From positions 1 through 64,000 of IMG/VR virus record IMGVR_UViG_3300013131_000036: a stretch of DNA of 64,000 bases; one strand, given 5' to 3'. The stretch's first letter is position 1, and every line of letters starts with the position of its first letter. The stretch comes from a virus. The translations under genes and the position numbers were made by a program. Below the pieces are notes generated by a model. That model saw only the letters and a program-made list of their open reading frames with translations. It made no database searches and was not told the origin of the DNA. Below, in pieces: positions 30,930 through 40,679 of this stretch.

Positions 30930-31451
30930 ATGCCCAATATTACAGTACCTCTTGAAATCGCTGGAGATGCTCTCAGCACCAGTTCAACAATTCTGACACC
31001 CGGAACCCTTTCTGCGGACAATGTGATTGTTCGCGTTCCTCTCACAGCAACATTTGGTGTTTCTGCTGTTGTGACGGGCATCTCTTTCGGAGATGTGAAA
31101 AGCGGCGCTCCTATCTTCACAGCAGGTGCTGCTGGTCAAATCTTCAATGCCGAAAACGATCAATCATTTCCCCAGCAAATAAGATTTGGTGGAGGAGCCT
31201 CATCTTCTCCTATCACAGTGAGTCTTTCTGCAATCGGCCAACCTTGCGCATTGGGTGCTCAACGTCTTCTGTATGTCATCAGCCTGAGTTCCGAAGCCCT
31301 TTCCGGTAATGGATCTGGATATGGTGTTCGCGTTGATGTGACCAACACAACTGACACAACACAAAGCACCACAGTGACTGCCACTAATGAAGCATTTGGC
31401 AACCGTCTCTGCTTTGCCGAACATCGTCGGCTGGTTACCCTCGAAGCTTAA
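30930..31451 (+). CDS. Hypothetical virion (decoration-like) protein
   Basis: 173 aa, S/T/G/A-rich beta protein; TAAATA 6 nt upstream. Confidence 0.55.
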   Translation: MPNITVPLEIAGDALSTSSTILTPGTLSADNVIVRVPLTATFGVSAVVTGISFGDVKSGAPIFTAGAAGQIFNAENDQSFPQQIRFGGGASSSPITVSLSAIGQPCALGAQRLLYVISLSSEALSGNGSGYGVRVDVTNTTDTTQSTTVTATNEAFGNRLCFAEHRRLVTLEA

Positions 31452-32008
31452 TTCATTTCGCTCAAAACTTTTGAAGTTCTATCCTTCAAAGAACCTGTCA
31501 ATCTCACAACTTTTTTGAATTTCACTATTGGTTCTTTCAGATAGTTTTCAAAGATAGCCTGTATCACCGTCCGGTATTCTTCGTCGGTATTCCGGTAATT
31601 GTCATTCTCAACCGGCACACCTTCTATATCACAATAAAAAAGAACATCGATTTCGGTGTGTAGCATTTTCAGCATGAGTTGACCATAATCGTAAACCCAA
31701 GGAGGGTTTTTACCGATACTCACGCTCCAATCACAGTAAACAACACCATCTAACAACCACCGATCATAAATGTAATGCTTGGAAACAGTTTCTTTTGGTT
31801 TTACCACAAGATCATCAATGTATGAATTGAAAAGCAAAACTTGCGAAAGATCCGTACCCTTTTCATTAATTTCAAATCCATGATCTTTTAGTCTTCGGGC
31901 ACCTCCTTTAATAAAGGTATATTCTTCTTTGTTAAGAAAATTATCCAGCAAGTGTCGTATCAGTGTGCTTTTGCCAGATGCTTGAGGGCCGGAAAATGCT
32001 ATTTTCAA
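31448..32008 (-). CDS. P-loop nucleotide kinase (thymidylate kinase / NadR-AAA_28-like)
   Basis: IAFSGPQASGKSTL and YIYDRWLLDGVVY motifs. Confidence 0.75.
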   Translation of the reverse strand: MKIAFSGPQASGKSTLIRHLLDNFLNKEEYTFIKGGARRLKDHGFEINEKGTDLSQVLLFNSYIDDLVVKPKETVSKHYIYDRWLLDGVVYCDWSVSIGKNPPWVYDYGQLMLKMLHTEIDVLFYCDIEGVPVENDNYRNTDEEYRTVIQAIFENYLKEPIVKFKKVVRLTGSLKDRTSKVLSEMN

Positions 32009-32083
32009 CTGTTTTATGTTACTAAACCATAAGGGTTTTTCAATATTGCAAAAGGGTTTTGTTTCATAAATATTTCTAGTATT

Positions 32084-33844
32084 ATGCCTGAAATTCCTGC
32101 CGCATTATTGACAAAATTAGCTCCGGAAATGAATCTTTCCCAGCTTAATAAAATTTTGTCTATTCCTGAGTTGGACGATCTGTCTCAACAACTTTCACAG
32201 CTTAATCCGGATCAAATATTCAGTTCAATGGATTTTTCCGGAAACATAAATGATTTGTTTAGCCAAGTCACAAATTTTCAAAACAATCTGGGATTGTATC
32301 TTCCCATATCTGATTTTTTACCACAATTACCTTCTCCTCAAATTTTGGACCAAACCATAGCAAATGTAACTCAAGGGTTAAACATAACCAATCAGCTGCA
32401 AGGTTTGGTTCAATCCTCACTTGGAAACAATCTGCAAATTCCGAATTTTGCCGGAGGAGAGGTTGATATCGGAAGTATTTTTTCAAATACATTTTCATCT
32501 TTTTCAAATACAAATTCAAATGCATTTGATTTCGCCAAACAACAAGTCACAAACAATCTGCAAGGAATACAAAATGTAAGCAATGTAAGTTCTCTTTTAA
32601 ATTCCATACGAACAAGCGTTCCATCCAATTTGTCACCAAAAACTGTCCGGGACCTTGCCACAAATCCTCAAACATTTAATAATTTCATACAAAATGGAGC
32701 AAGCACCGCCGGATCCAGTTTAAACAGTCAGGTAAAACAAAATGCACAAAGCTATCAAAAAAGTTTCACTGGTGGAGACAATACACAAGTCAAAGCAGGT
32801 CCGGTCACACCAAATTCAGTATCTCCAAATGATTTTAGAATTAATGCCGTGGTGACAACTTATAGTGCGGAAGAAAGAATAGGAAAAGGCGGGGACAAGT
32901 GGTCCCGTGCAAAAGTAAGTTCCACATCCAAAGATAAACAACCCAATCTTATTGAAGGTGTTAGTTGTGCAGTAGATCCAAGCCAGATTCCTTATGGAAG
33001 CAAAATAGTTTTTGATCGACCCGAAATAGGCACTCGTGTTGCCATGGACACCGGCGAAGATGTTTATCTTCAGACTGCCGCCATACAACGCGGAATCAAT
33101 CCGGACAAACCTCCAGCAGATGCACAATCACCTTATCCTCCGGGAACAGCTTTTGCAAAAACAGATCAACAAGTAAGAGCAGGAGGATATGGAAGCAAAA
33201 CAACTGGAACTTTAAGTCTTACAAATTCACAAGGACAAGTAGTGGGCACATATCAGTTTGTAAATGGAGGTTCTAGAAGAGGAAGCATTCCTTTTGGATC
33301 ATATACGGTTTCAAATTATCAAACAGCCCAAACACGTGCACGCTTGAAAAGAAGTCAAAAAGGCATTTTGGCAGGGGCCGACACATTTGATTTGAATAAT
33401 GTTTATGATCCGGTAATAGGTGACACTCGAACTGGTCTTTTGATACATAGGGCCAGAGATGCAACAGAAGGATGTATCGGAATTCAGGGAGGAGATGCGG
33501 CTTGGTCTGATTTTCGTGACAAAATGAAAAGATTATTGGATGAAAATGGAGGAAAATACACATTGATCCTTGGTCCGGACCCAAATGCCAAACAACAAGC
33601 TTCAAAAACACTTACGGTGGATATATATTTTGATACGGAGCAATCAAGATTGAATTTTGAAAAAAATGTACTTTCCGGAGGAGGAACACAAGGTGCCACT
33701 GTACAACCACCCAAAAGCGGGGTTTATTCCCAACAGGTGGAATTTCCGTCCGGAAGAAAAATTCAGGCTTATTATCCAAGCGGATACAAGCAACTAAAAA
33801 CACGTTCTGCAGACGATCTTTTAGCAGCGGCAGGAAACGCATAA
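32084..33844 (+). CDS. Virion peptidoglycan-active protein: 3D domain with inserted Tlde1/DUF2778-like domain
   Basis: CAVDPSQIPYGS, VAMDTG and VDIYF (3D); IPFGSY...RTGLLIH...TEGCIGI (L,D-transpeptidase fold); N/Q/S-rich N-terminus. Confidence 0.65.
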   Translation: MPEIPAALLTKLAPEMNLSQLNKILSIPELDDLSQQLSQLNPDQIFSSMDFSGNINDLFSQVTNFQNNLGLYLPISDFLPQLPSPQILDQTIANVTQGLNITNQLQGLVQSSLGNNLQIPNFAGGEVDIGSIFSNTFSSFSNTNSNAFDFAKQQVTNNLQGIQNVSNVSSLLNSIRTSVPSNLSPKTVRDLATNPQTFNNFIQNGASTAGSSLNSQVKQNAQSYQKSFTGGDNTQVKAGPVTPNSVSPNDFRINAVVTTYSAEERIGKGGDKWSRAKVSSTSKDKQPNLIEGVSCAVDPSQIPYGSKIVFDRPEIGTRVAMDTGEDVYLQTAAIQRGINPDKPPADAQSPYPPGTAFAKTDQQVRAGGYGSKTTGTLSLTNSQGQVVGTYQFVNGGSRRGSIPFGSYTVSNYQTAQTRARLKRSQKGILAGADTFDLNNVYDPVIGDTRTGLLIHRARDATEGCIGIQGGDAAWSDFRDKMKRLLDENGGKYTLILGPDPNAKQQASKTLTVDIYFDTEQSRLNFEKNVLSGGGTQGATVQPPKSGVYSQQVEFPSGRKIQAYYPSGYKQLKTRSADDLLAAAGNA

Positions 33845-33845
33845 C

Positions 33846-36200
33846 ATGAAAAGATATGATGGACATTATTTGGGAATAGTAGTTCAAAACAACGATCCAG
33901 AACAACGTGGTCGTGTCAAAGTTTTTGTTCCACACGTCACACCCACAGTTTATAACAAATGGAATGAAGTTCAGGTTGATAAAGAATTTAACTTTATAGG
34001 TCAAAATCTTAACAGCAGCATCAATGACATATTAGAGGATCTTAAAAAAATATTGCCTTGGGCGGACTGTGCCATGCCTCTTTTCGGCGGGGCTGCCAGC
34101 GGAAGATATAATGCCACAGAAAAATTTGGATCCATTAGTGACAGTTCATTGATCGACACCTGCAAACCACAAGAAAATTATGAAACCACCGCCTTCAGTC
34201 AAAATACTGATGGTATCGGTGAAAAACCGGGAAATGTTTACGAGCGGGGTGCCGTTCCGTTAAGTGACGCATTCAATTCAGCTCCTGCCAACAATGTGGC
34301 TCATGTCAATCCAAATACTTACGGATATGTTCCGGGTAGTTATAGTAACCGGGCAAAAGGTGTTTTTTGTGTTCCTAATGTCGGGGCCCATCTTTGGGTT
34401 TTCTTTTATGATGGAAATCCCATGCGTCCTGTTTACTGGGCAACAAGTTTTGGTCAAACTGCTTGGAATGGAATTTATCAGGATGACTATGGTGTGGCGG
34501 AAGATTATCCGGGTGCTTATGAAAATTTTGATAAAAATGACACCAATCTTAATGTTCAACAAGTGGATACTGAAACATACAGGAACAAAACTGTATTATC
34601 TCAAAAAGGTGGGGTAATTGAATTTGTAAACACAGATCTTAAAGAGGTTCTTAAACTTACACATTACTCCGGTTCATTTTTGGAATTTAACAACGCCACC
34701 ACGAGCCGGTTATCCGTAAAGAATGATCAACAACTTGTTTTGGCGGACAAATTTACAACAGTAAAAGGTAATAATAGCCTGTATGTTGGAGGTGATTTGG
34801 ATATAGTGGTAAAAGGAAATTATTATTTTAAGGTGGGTGAACAGGATCCTCAATATCAGCAGCAATGGAAAACGTTGATGGATCCTATTGCGGATCTTAA
34901 ACAATTGTTTGAAATAGACCGGACCAAGAAAAAAGACGGGGATCCAAATCGTGTCAGCAGCACCAATCAAAAGCAAAAAGGAAAGCCCGGACCTTGTCCT
35001 GTTTGTTCCAAAGACCGGAAATATTATGCGGTAAACAACAAATTCAATCAGGTAATCATTCCGGTGGTTACTTTTAACAGCAATGGTGTGGACAAATATG
35101 AAACAGTGGATCCTCAAGGAAAACAACCGGAAGCCAAACTGATAGCATTTCCTCCTCCTCCGCAATGTCCTGTTTGTAAAGGTCAAAAACTTAGTCCCAG
35201 CAGCATGGATGGGAAATGGGAAGAAAATCCTGAAAAGAAAAAATTAGAACAATTATACAAGGACAAAATTGTTGAACTTGCGAAAATAGAGGAAAATATG
35301 GGCGTGGGAGGAAGTTTGGTAACAGAAATACCCAAACACAAATTTGACATGATTGGTCAGGTCATGAATGATTTTGGAAGCATACGGATTGATGCAGAGG
35401 GTAAAATTTACAATTATAAAGTTCAGGTTGGGGAGCTTGGTGTATTTGAAAATCAAAAAGCCAGCCCACTTATTGAACCGGTTCACGTGGATGATCTTCC
35501 CGGGGGCAATTACACAGTCAACGCATGCAATCGCTACACGCTTCAGGTAGGTGCCGGAGGAATCAATATAAAAACACTGGGTCCGATTGAAATGAGCGGA
35601 ACCATAACCAATATTGCCGGTCAGCAAACCAACATCGGAGCTCAGTATGAATTGAATATTGATGGAGGAAACCGAACAGTTATCACAAGTGACATTCTTG
35701 TGTTACGTCAGCGCAATTATGAACAGGTCATGGTGGATTCAAGCCTGGGGGTGAGTCGAAATCTTTTGGTGGGTGGTGGTGCTCATATTGAAGGGGAGCT
35801 TACGGTTCATCACATCACAGCCCCGGTTGAAATCCAGGAAACTGAAAAAAGCTTTGTTTATGGAAAAAGCAACAACATGGAACGATTGGTTATAGGATAT
35901 GTTAGTCCTTGCCCGGGTGATTGGGTTCCAGATAAATGTGGAAACTGGACAAAAGTGTATAGCCGTGTACCTGCTGGAGGGGCACCTGGAAATGGTACGG
36001 CAGACGACAATTGTTTATTCACATACAGCCACAGTCATTTATTTAAAAATCTCCCGCTTAATCTTCTTCCGGAAAACAAGGATGTGAGAAATGTTGGTCA
36101 GGCTTGCAACAACACGGATCGGGTGGTCGCGGATCCTCAAAACATGGCTTACAACATCAAGGGAACCAATCCCCCGAATGATCCGGTTGTTGGTGATTAA
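33846..36200 (+). CDS. gp5: Baseplate central hub/spike gp5 (OB-fold plus beta-helix)
   Basis: GIVVQNNDPEQRGRVKV, LPWA, VPNVGAHLWVFFYDGNPMRPVY and HYSGSFLEF motifs, plus TVKGN repeats. Confidence 0.85.
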   Translation: MKRYDGHYLGIVVQNNDPEQRGRVKVFVPHVTPTVYNKWNEVQVDKEFNFIGQNLNSSINDILEDLKKILPWADCAMPLFGGAASGRYNATEKFGSISDSSLIDTCKPQENYETTAFSQNTDGIGEKPGNVYERGAVPLSDAFNSAPANNVAHVNPNTYGYVPGSYSNRAKGVFCVPNVGAHLWVFFYDGNPMRPVYWATSFGQTAWNGIYQDDYGVAEDYPGAYENFDKNDTNLNVQQVDTETYRNKTVLSQKGGVIEFVNTDLKEVLKLTHYSGSFLEFNNATTSRLSVKNDQQLVLADKFTTVKGNNSLYVGGDLDIVVKGNYYFKVGEQDPQYQQQWKTLMDPIADLKQLFEIDRTKKKDGDPNRVSSTNQKQKGKPGPCPVCSKDRKYYAVNNKFNQVIIPVVTFNSNGVDKYETVDPQGKQPEAKLIAFPPPPQCPVCKGQKLSPSSMDGKWEENPEKKKLEQLYKDKIVELAKIEENMGVGGSLVTEIPKHKFDMIGQVMNDFGSIRIDAEGKIYNYKVQVGELGVFENQKASPLIEPVHVDDLPGGNYTVNACNRYTLQVGAGGINIKTLGPIEMSGTITNIAGQQTNIGAQYELNIDGGNRTVITSDILVLRQRNYEQVMVDSSLGVSRNLLVGGGAHIEGELTVHHITAPVEIQETEKSFVYGKSNNMERLVIGYVSPCPGDWVPDKCGNWTKVYSRVPAGGAPGNGTADDNCLFTYSHSHLFKNLPLNLLPENKDVRNVGQACNNTDRVVADPQNMAYNIKGTNPPNDPVVGD

Positions 36201-36700
36201 TAATTGGTAAGCAAAAACAGGTGGAAAGGTGCGATTGTGTGATGCAATGGCAATTCCGGATCCCGTTCAAGAATTTCAGAATAGTTTGAAATATTTTTAA
36301 AATTTGATTTTGTAAAAAATCTGTGAGCATAGAACGAATTTACCGGATAAAGATTTTTACCCAAAAACAAATAACAGTCGTTGCATTCCACATCCAAAGG
36401 TCTTAACACCGCTTCATATTGTTCGTGATTCATTTGAGGATTGTTTTTTAAAGGATAAATGTAGGGCAACACGTCATTGGACACGGGTTCGGTAATGCCA
36501 TAAAGAAACATGATTTCCTCTGGCTTGGTTCCGTATTTGTGAACAATATATTGCGGGTTGAATTCATTTTTAATTTTTAAACGTTTTTGATCGTATAAGC
36601 TTCTTATGGCAAAACCAAAAAAGAAAGTTGGATAGGTGATTGTCTGGAATTTTTCCAGATCGGCAGGTTTTTCAGTGTCGTTAAATGTAAGTGTCATCAT
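36197..36700 (-). CDS. Hypothetical protein
   Basis: 167-aa ORF with a sigma70-like promoter upstream. Confidence 0.6.
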   Translation of the reverse strand: MMTLTFNDTEKPADLEKFQTITYPTFFFGFAIRSLYDQKRLKIKNEFNPQYIVHKYGTKPEEIMFLYGITEPVSNDVLPYIYPLKNNPQMNHEQYEAVLRPLDVECNDCYLFLGKNLYPVNSFYAHRFFTKSNFKNISNYSEILERDPELPLHHTIAPFHLFLLTNY

Positions 36701-36730
36701 GCTTGTATGGTAAGGTACAAGCAGAAAATT

Positions 36731-36964
36731 TCAAGCCACTGGAAATGAAAAAACTTGAGAAAGACTGGGCAGTTTAAAAATGATGCCTTTGCGATGACCC
36801 GAACTGTTTTGCACAATGACCGTGACCCGGTCACCCACCACCACTGGGCTGGAATGTAAGGTTTCTTGCAGTTTCAGGGATCTTACGGTTGTGCCTGTAT
36901 TTGCATCAAAAACCCGCAGGCTGTTTACGCCATCCACAACCACGGAATAAGCCTTTTTAACCAT
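36731..36964 (-). CDS. Hypothetical protein
   Basis: 77 aa; TAAATA 6 nt upstream. Confidence 0.6.
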   Translation of the reverse strand: MVKKAYSVVVDGVNSLRVFDANTGTTVRSLKLQETLHSSPVVVGDRVTVIVQNSSGHRKGIIFKLPSLSQVFSFPVA

Positions 36965-37030
36965 ATAAGTTATTTATCATAATATTTTTAAAATAATTGT
37001 AGAAAACAATATATTAAATAAATAATAATA

Positions 37031-38185
37031 ATGGCAGCCGAGATCAAAAAGATCATTTTCCGTCAGGGTACGGAAACTGAAAGAAAAAATGTTACACTGG
37101 AACCAGGTGAACCAGGTTATTGTACGGATAGCCAACGTCTTTATGTGGGCACCGGAAGTTTGGCAGGTATTCCTGTTGGAACACGGAATCTGGGATTTGC
37201 AACATTCAGCGGAAATCTCACAAATTTAAACAACAATTTAGCCCCGGCCAGTGGAGATTTTGTTTTTGATACAGCTAGTAATCTCACCTATATGCTGACC
37301 GGGACAGATTTTGCCCGAGTTAGCTCTTTTGCTCCGTTTGGAAGTCAGTTTACAATTGATAACAATACACTCATTCAGTTGTCGAATGTTGTTCGTGTTG
37401 CGGATAATAGCTTGTTCGCCACAAAACTTGCCAGTGGTGCAATAGGGGCCGGATTGGAACGAATTGGTGTCAACACCATTTTAAAAACAAAATTGGGCAG
37501 CAGTCTGACTTATGATGGCAGCCAAAGCATAACCATTGCAACCAACGGTGTGACAAACGCCATGCTTGCCAATGCTCCCGCCAACACATTAAAAGGTCGT
37601 CTCAATACTTCCGGACAAGTTCAAGATCTTACCACTTCCGATTTGCAGATTCTTCTTGCCGGGTTGGTGACCACAAATCCAATCGGAACGGTTATTGATT
37701 GGGCCGGGGCAGGAACCCCTCCGGCAACTTATCTGGAATGCAATGGATCCCCTGTTTCCCGCACAACCTATTCTCAACTTTTTGCAGTCTTGGGAACTAC
37801 GTGGGGAGCAGGAGACGGAAGTACTACATTTAATCTTCCGGATCTTCGCAGACGGGTGACCATGGGTGCGGGTGGAACTGGAACCGCCACCATTGCAAAC
37901 GCAGTGGGCAGTACCGGTGGTGAGGAAAATCACGTTCTGACAGAAGCTGAAGGTAAGTGTGAATTTGATGTAACAGCGGAATTTCGCGAACCCGGTTCAA
38001 TCAATCCCAACGGAGTGGGTTATGTGGGAGGATTAACCATTCAAAACTCAAATGGAAATTATTCATATACATATAGTCAGGGAGTGGTGGATGCAACCGG
38101 AACCGTGGGATCAGGTGCAGCGGATGGTCACAACACCATTCAGCCCAGTGCAATTGTTCGCAAACTTATCAAAGCATCATCATGA
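37031..38185 (+). CDS. Tail fibre with Mtd-like N-terminus and tail collar domain
   Basis: IIFRQGT...LEPGEPGYCTDSQRLYVG and PIGTVIDWAG..PPATYLECNG..VSRTTYSQLFAVLG..WGAGDGSTTFNLPDLR. Confidence 0.85.
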   Translation: MAAEIKKIIFRQGTETERKNVTLEPGEPGYCTDSQRLYVGTGSLAGIPVGTRNLGFATFSGNLTNLNNNLAPASGDFVFDTASNLTYMLTGTDFARVSSFAPFGSQFTIDNNTLIQLSNVVRVADNSLFATKLASGAIGAGLERIGVNTILKTKLGSSLTYDGSQSITIATNGVTNAMLANAPANTLKGRLNTSGQVQDLTTSDLQILLAGLVTTNPIGTVIDWAGAGTPPATYLECNGSPVSRTTYSQLFAVLGTTWGAGDGSTTFNLPDLRRRVTMGAGGTGTATIANAVGSTGGEENHVLTEAEGKCEFDVTAEFREPGSINPNGVGYVGGLTIQNSNGNYSYTYSQGVVDATGTVGSGAADGHNTIQPSAIVRKLIKASS

Positions 38186-38436
38186 CGAATGGTTTTGACA
38201 AGGTTATTAAAAAACTAACAGAAGATTTTAACATTCTTCCCATGGCCAAGGTTCCCAAGACTTTTCAGGGAAAAAGCATTGATTGGGGTAAGACAGGCAC
38301 TCACCCGAGCGGATTCAAAGGAGATACCAGCAATCCCGGCAGCATGCAGCTGGTTTTTGCCATACCCGCCAAAAAGAAAAAGAAGTCAGCGAATGTTCTT
38401 AAAAAACGTGTGGCTGCCAATCGTGTTCGTCGCTAG
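38182..38436 (+). CDS. Hypothetical protein
   Basis: ATGA-coupled to the fibre gene; its 3' end overlaps the convergent hydrolase gene. Confidence 0.45.
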   Translation: MTNGFDKVIKKLTEDFNILPMAKVPKTFQGKSIDWGKTGTHPSGFKGDTSNPGSMQLVFAIPAKKKKKSANVLKKRVAANRVRR

Positions 38437-38919
38437 GGCTTCTTTGTTTTTTCCGCCAAATTGTGGACTGCTCCAATAAGGTTTCACTTTGCTGGGTCCC
38501 TTGGTCACATGATAGTGAGTGGCTCCTCCAGTAAGATCCTCCAGTTTTCCCCGCATGCCCACAATTGCCAGTTCCTTGGCCATGGCCCATCGAGGATGCC
38601 CCATGGCTTTGGTTATAATGTCGCCCATTTTCACTGAACCGGCGTTATAACCATCAAAAAAGCTGAATTGTTTGGGTTTCAACACCACATCCACTGCACC
38701 CCGGAACGGATCCCCACCTTTTACCCTGTTCATGATCACATTCATCACGGCTTGCATGCCTTCATATCCCTCTCCTCCGGCTTCACCGATAAGAGCTGCA
38801 GCAACAATATCGCTGTATTTGATAGCGGCTTCGGCTTTTTGAACCAGGGCCGGAGGTGGCGGAGGCAAATCGGGTGTTACCTCCAACAACAGTTGTTTTA
38901 TTCTATCTTCAAACCTCAC
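38386..38919 (-). CDS. Cell wall hydrolase (SleB / Hydrolase_2 family)
   Basis: IGEAGGEG..GMQAVMNVIMNR, QFSFF, GGATHYH and IGSHTFF motifs. GTG start placed 5 nt after TATAAATA. Confidence 0.88.
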   Translation of the reverse strand: MRFEDRIKQLLLEVTPDLPPPPPALVQKAEAAIKYSDIVAAALIGEAGGEGYEGMQAVMNVIMNRVKGGDPFRGAVDVVLKPKQFSFFDGYNAGSVKMGDIITKAMGHPRWAMAKELAIVGMRGKLEDLTGGATHYHVTKGPSKVKPYWSSPQFGGKNKEALATNTIGSHTFFKNIR

Positions 38920-38920
38920 C

Positions 38921-39400
38921 TTAATATTTATAAACACTGACTGTGACTATTTTGGGGTGATTATATGCAAAATCCAAAGCATCCTTCTTTTTTTCAAAAA
39001 ATATGTCTATAACAGGCAGTTTACCTCCACTTGCCTTCTTTTGCTTAACAGCTGTGCCGGTGTCATGAGCCACCCTGATGCCCAAATTTGGTATGTATAA
39101 ACGCTTATAAAAGGGGATCAGGCGCGGATCGACTGCCACGCTTACCCCTTCACGAAGACGCGTTCCTGACGAGCTTCTTTTACGGGCCGTATCCCTGTCG
39201 GTGTCCCCTCCTTTGGCCCAATATACAGTTAATCTTGCCTTTATTTTCTTTTCAACAACCGTCTTTTTGAGTGTTTTTTGGGCCAAATAATCCAGTTTTT
39301 TGGAAATAATGGAGTCGATTGGATTATCATTAACAGGGGAATCCTGAACCATAATATATAAAAAGATTGAAGCCATGATTAAAATGAAAAATCGGTTCAT
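38921..39400 (-). CDS. 3D-domain lytic transglycosylase-like protein with N-terminal membrane anchor
   Basis: VAVDPRLIP, VAHDTG and IDIFF motifs; hydrophobic N-terminus. Confidence 0.8.
   Translation of the reverse strand: MNRFFILIMASIFLYIMVQDSPVNDNPIDSIISKKLDYLAQKTLKKTVVEKKIKARLTVYWAKGGDTDRDTARKRSSSGTRLREGVSVAVDPRLIPFYKRLYIPNLGIRVAHDTGTAVKQKKASGGKLPVIDIFFEKKKDALDFAYNHPKIVTVSVYKY
38925..38932 (-). promoter_or_regulatory. T4-type late promoter TATAAATA
   Basis: Exact match 5 nt before the GTG of the SleB-like gene. Confidence 0.65.
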
Positions 39401-39996
39401 ATTTGGTCATCCTCCCGTATTGGATAGTAAAAATCTACCTGACGATAGGTATTCTTATGAAAGAAAAGAGGGGATCCAAATTTATCAGATGCTGCATAAA
39501 GTCGTTTGTTTTTCTTAAATAAAACCTCTATATGACCGGGTTTGCGACTGTGTTTTGGTTGATAAACTGCAATCACAATGGTGTTTTCCGGCAATTGCAT
39601 CACTTCTTTTCGACCTATTTTTACAAAATCATGTTTGTTTTCAAATACATTTTTGTAGTTTTTTGCATACAGGATGCCGTTGTTTGAGGTGGTGACCGGA
39701 TAGGTTTGCCGTCCTTGCCGTCCCTGGACCAATCTACCTTCCCGCAAATCCAATTGAGGGAAAGCCCGTTCATTTCGTTCGTGCAGGTTGTCCAACAGGG
39801 CCGTGGTGAACTTGGCACAAAGACCACTGCTGTAATTGCGGGTCAGTTTACTCACATCGACCATGAAAGTTTTGAATTCAGCCGGGGTAAGATTAGGTTT
39901 AACGATGGATTGAGGCAAAACGCATCGGCCAGCTTCAGTGCTGAAGCTGTTTGCTACCCCCAAGACCAAAGCTGCGGCTAATAGTGTTTTTTTCAT
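39397..39996 (-). CDS. Secreted CHAP/NlpC-P60-like amidase
   Basis: Signal peptide MKKTLLAAALVLGVANS; SGLCAKF (Cys), PGHIEV (His) and ASD. Confidence 0.55.
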   Translation of the reverse strand: MKKTLLAAALVLGVANSFSTEAGRCVLPQSIVKPNLTPAEFKTFMVDVSKLTRNYSSGLCAKFTTALLDNLHERNERAFPQLDLREGRLVQGRQGRQTYPVTTSNNGILYAKNYKNVFENKHDFVKIGRKEVMQLPENTIVIAVYQPKHSRKPGHIEVLFKKNKRLYAASDKFGSPLFFHKNTYRQVDFYYPIREDDQI

Positions 39997-40009
39997 GTGG
40001 CTGGACCCG

Positions 40010-40036
40010 ATTATATCAGGGTCAAAAAATTGTAAA
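40010..40036 (-). promoter_or_regulatory. Sigma70-like promoter upstream of the secreted amidase
   Basis: TTTACA-N15-TATAAT with an extended -10 TG. Confidence 0.55.
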
Positions 40037-40097
40037 GAAGATTCTTTACAAAACGTTGTTATTTTTGTTAATAATATTTATCTTTTTGCAAAGATAT

Positions 40098-40679
40098 TCA
40101 AGCTTTACTCAACAAATCTTTTATATATTTTCTCAGATTATTGTTTCTATTCGTCCAACCTTTTTTGAAAACAGCCAACTTAGGACGTTTTTCACACAAA
40201 TTATTATAAAAAGTCTGCCGTTGATCAATAATATCAAAAGCCAGATCTTTCGGATCTTTCTTGGCCATGAGACTGCGAGTATATGGCCCAACAATACCAT
40301 CTGCGGTGGCTCCTACTACACGTTGCAGAAACTTGTTGGCTTGGGTACGACCTGTGTTTACACAACTGTCAAAATAACTGATATAGGCAGGGAACGGAAC
40401 CTGTGGAGCCGCACTTTTGAGCCAGTAATCTTGCCAAAATATCTCATCTGCCTGTTCCCGGGTAAGATTTTTAATGTCCAGCAAAGGATAATCACGTTGA
40501 GTAATCCCCATATTTGTGATTTTTCCAGGATCGTTTGGATGATTATATAATCCCCCTTCAGCTTCCCTGACAAACTTCATCGCAATTTCAAATTCTTTTG
40601 ATTTCTCACTAGGCATTTGATTGATCCTTTTGTTCTTTTTGATATTTAACCACCTCTTCACAAACTTCAATAAATTCAT
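40098..40679 (-). CDS. Endolysin, glycoside hydrolase family 108 (start may be 40616)
   Basis: EGGLYNHPNDPG..TNMGIT, FDSCVNTG, ADGIVGP.T and F.KGW.NR motifs. Confidence 0.9.
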   Translation of the reverse strand: MNLLKFVKRWLNIKKNKRINQMPSEKSKEFEIAMKFVREAEGGLYNHPNDPGKITNMGITQRDYPLLDIKNLTREQADEIFWQDYWLKSAAPQVPFPAYISYFDSCVNTGRTQANKFLQRVVGATADGIVGPYTRSLMAKKDPKDLAFDIIDQRQTFYNNLCEKRPKLAVFKKGWTNRNNNLRKYIKDLLSKA

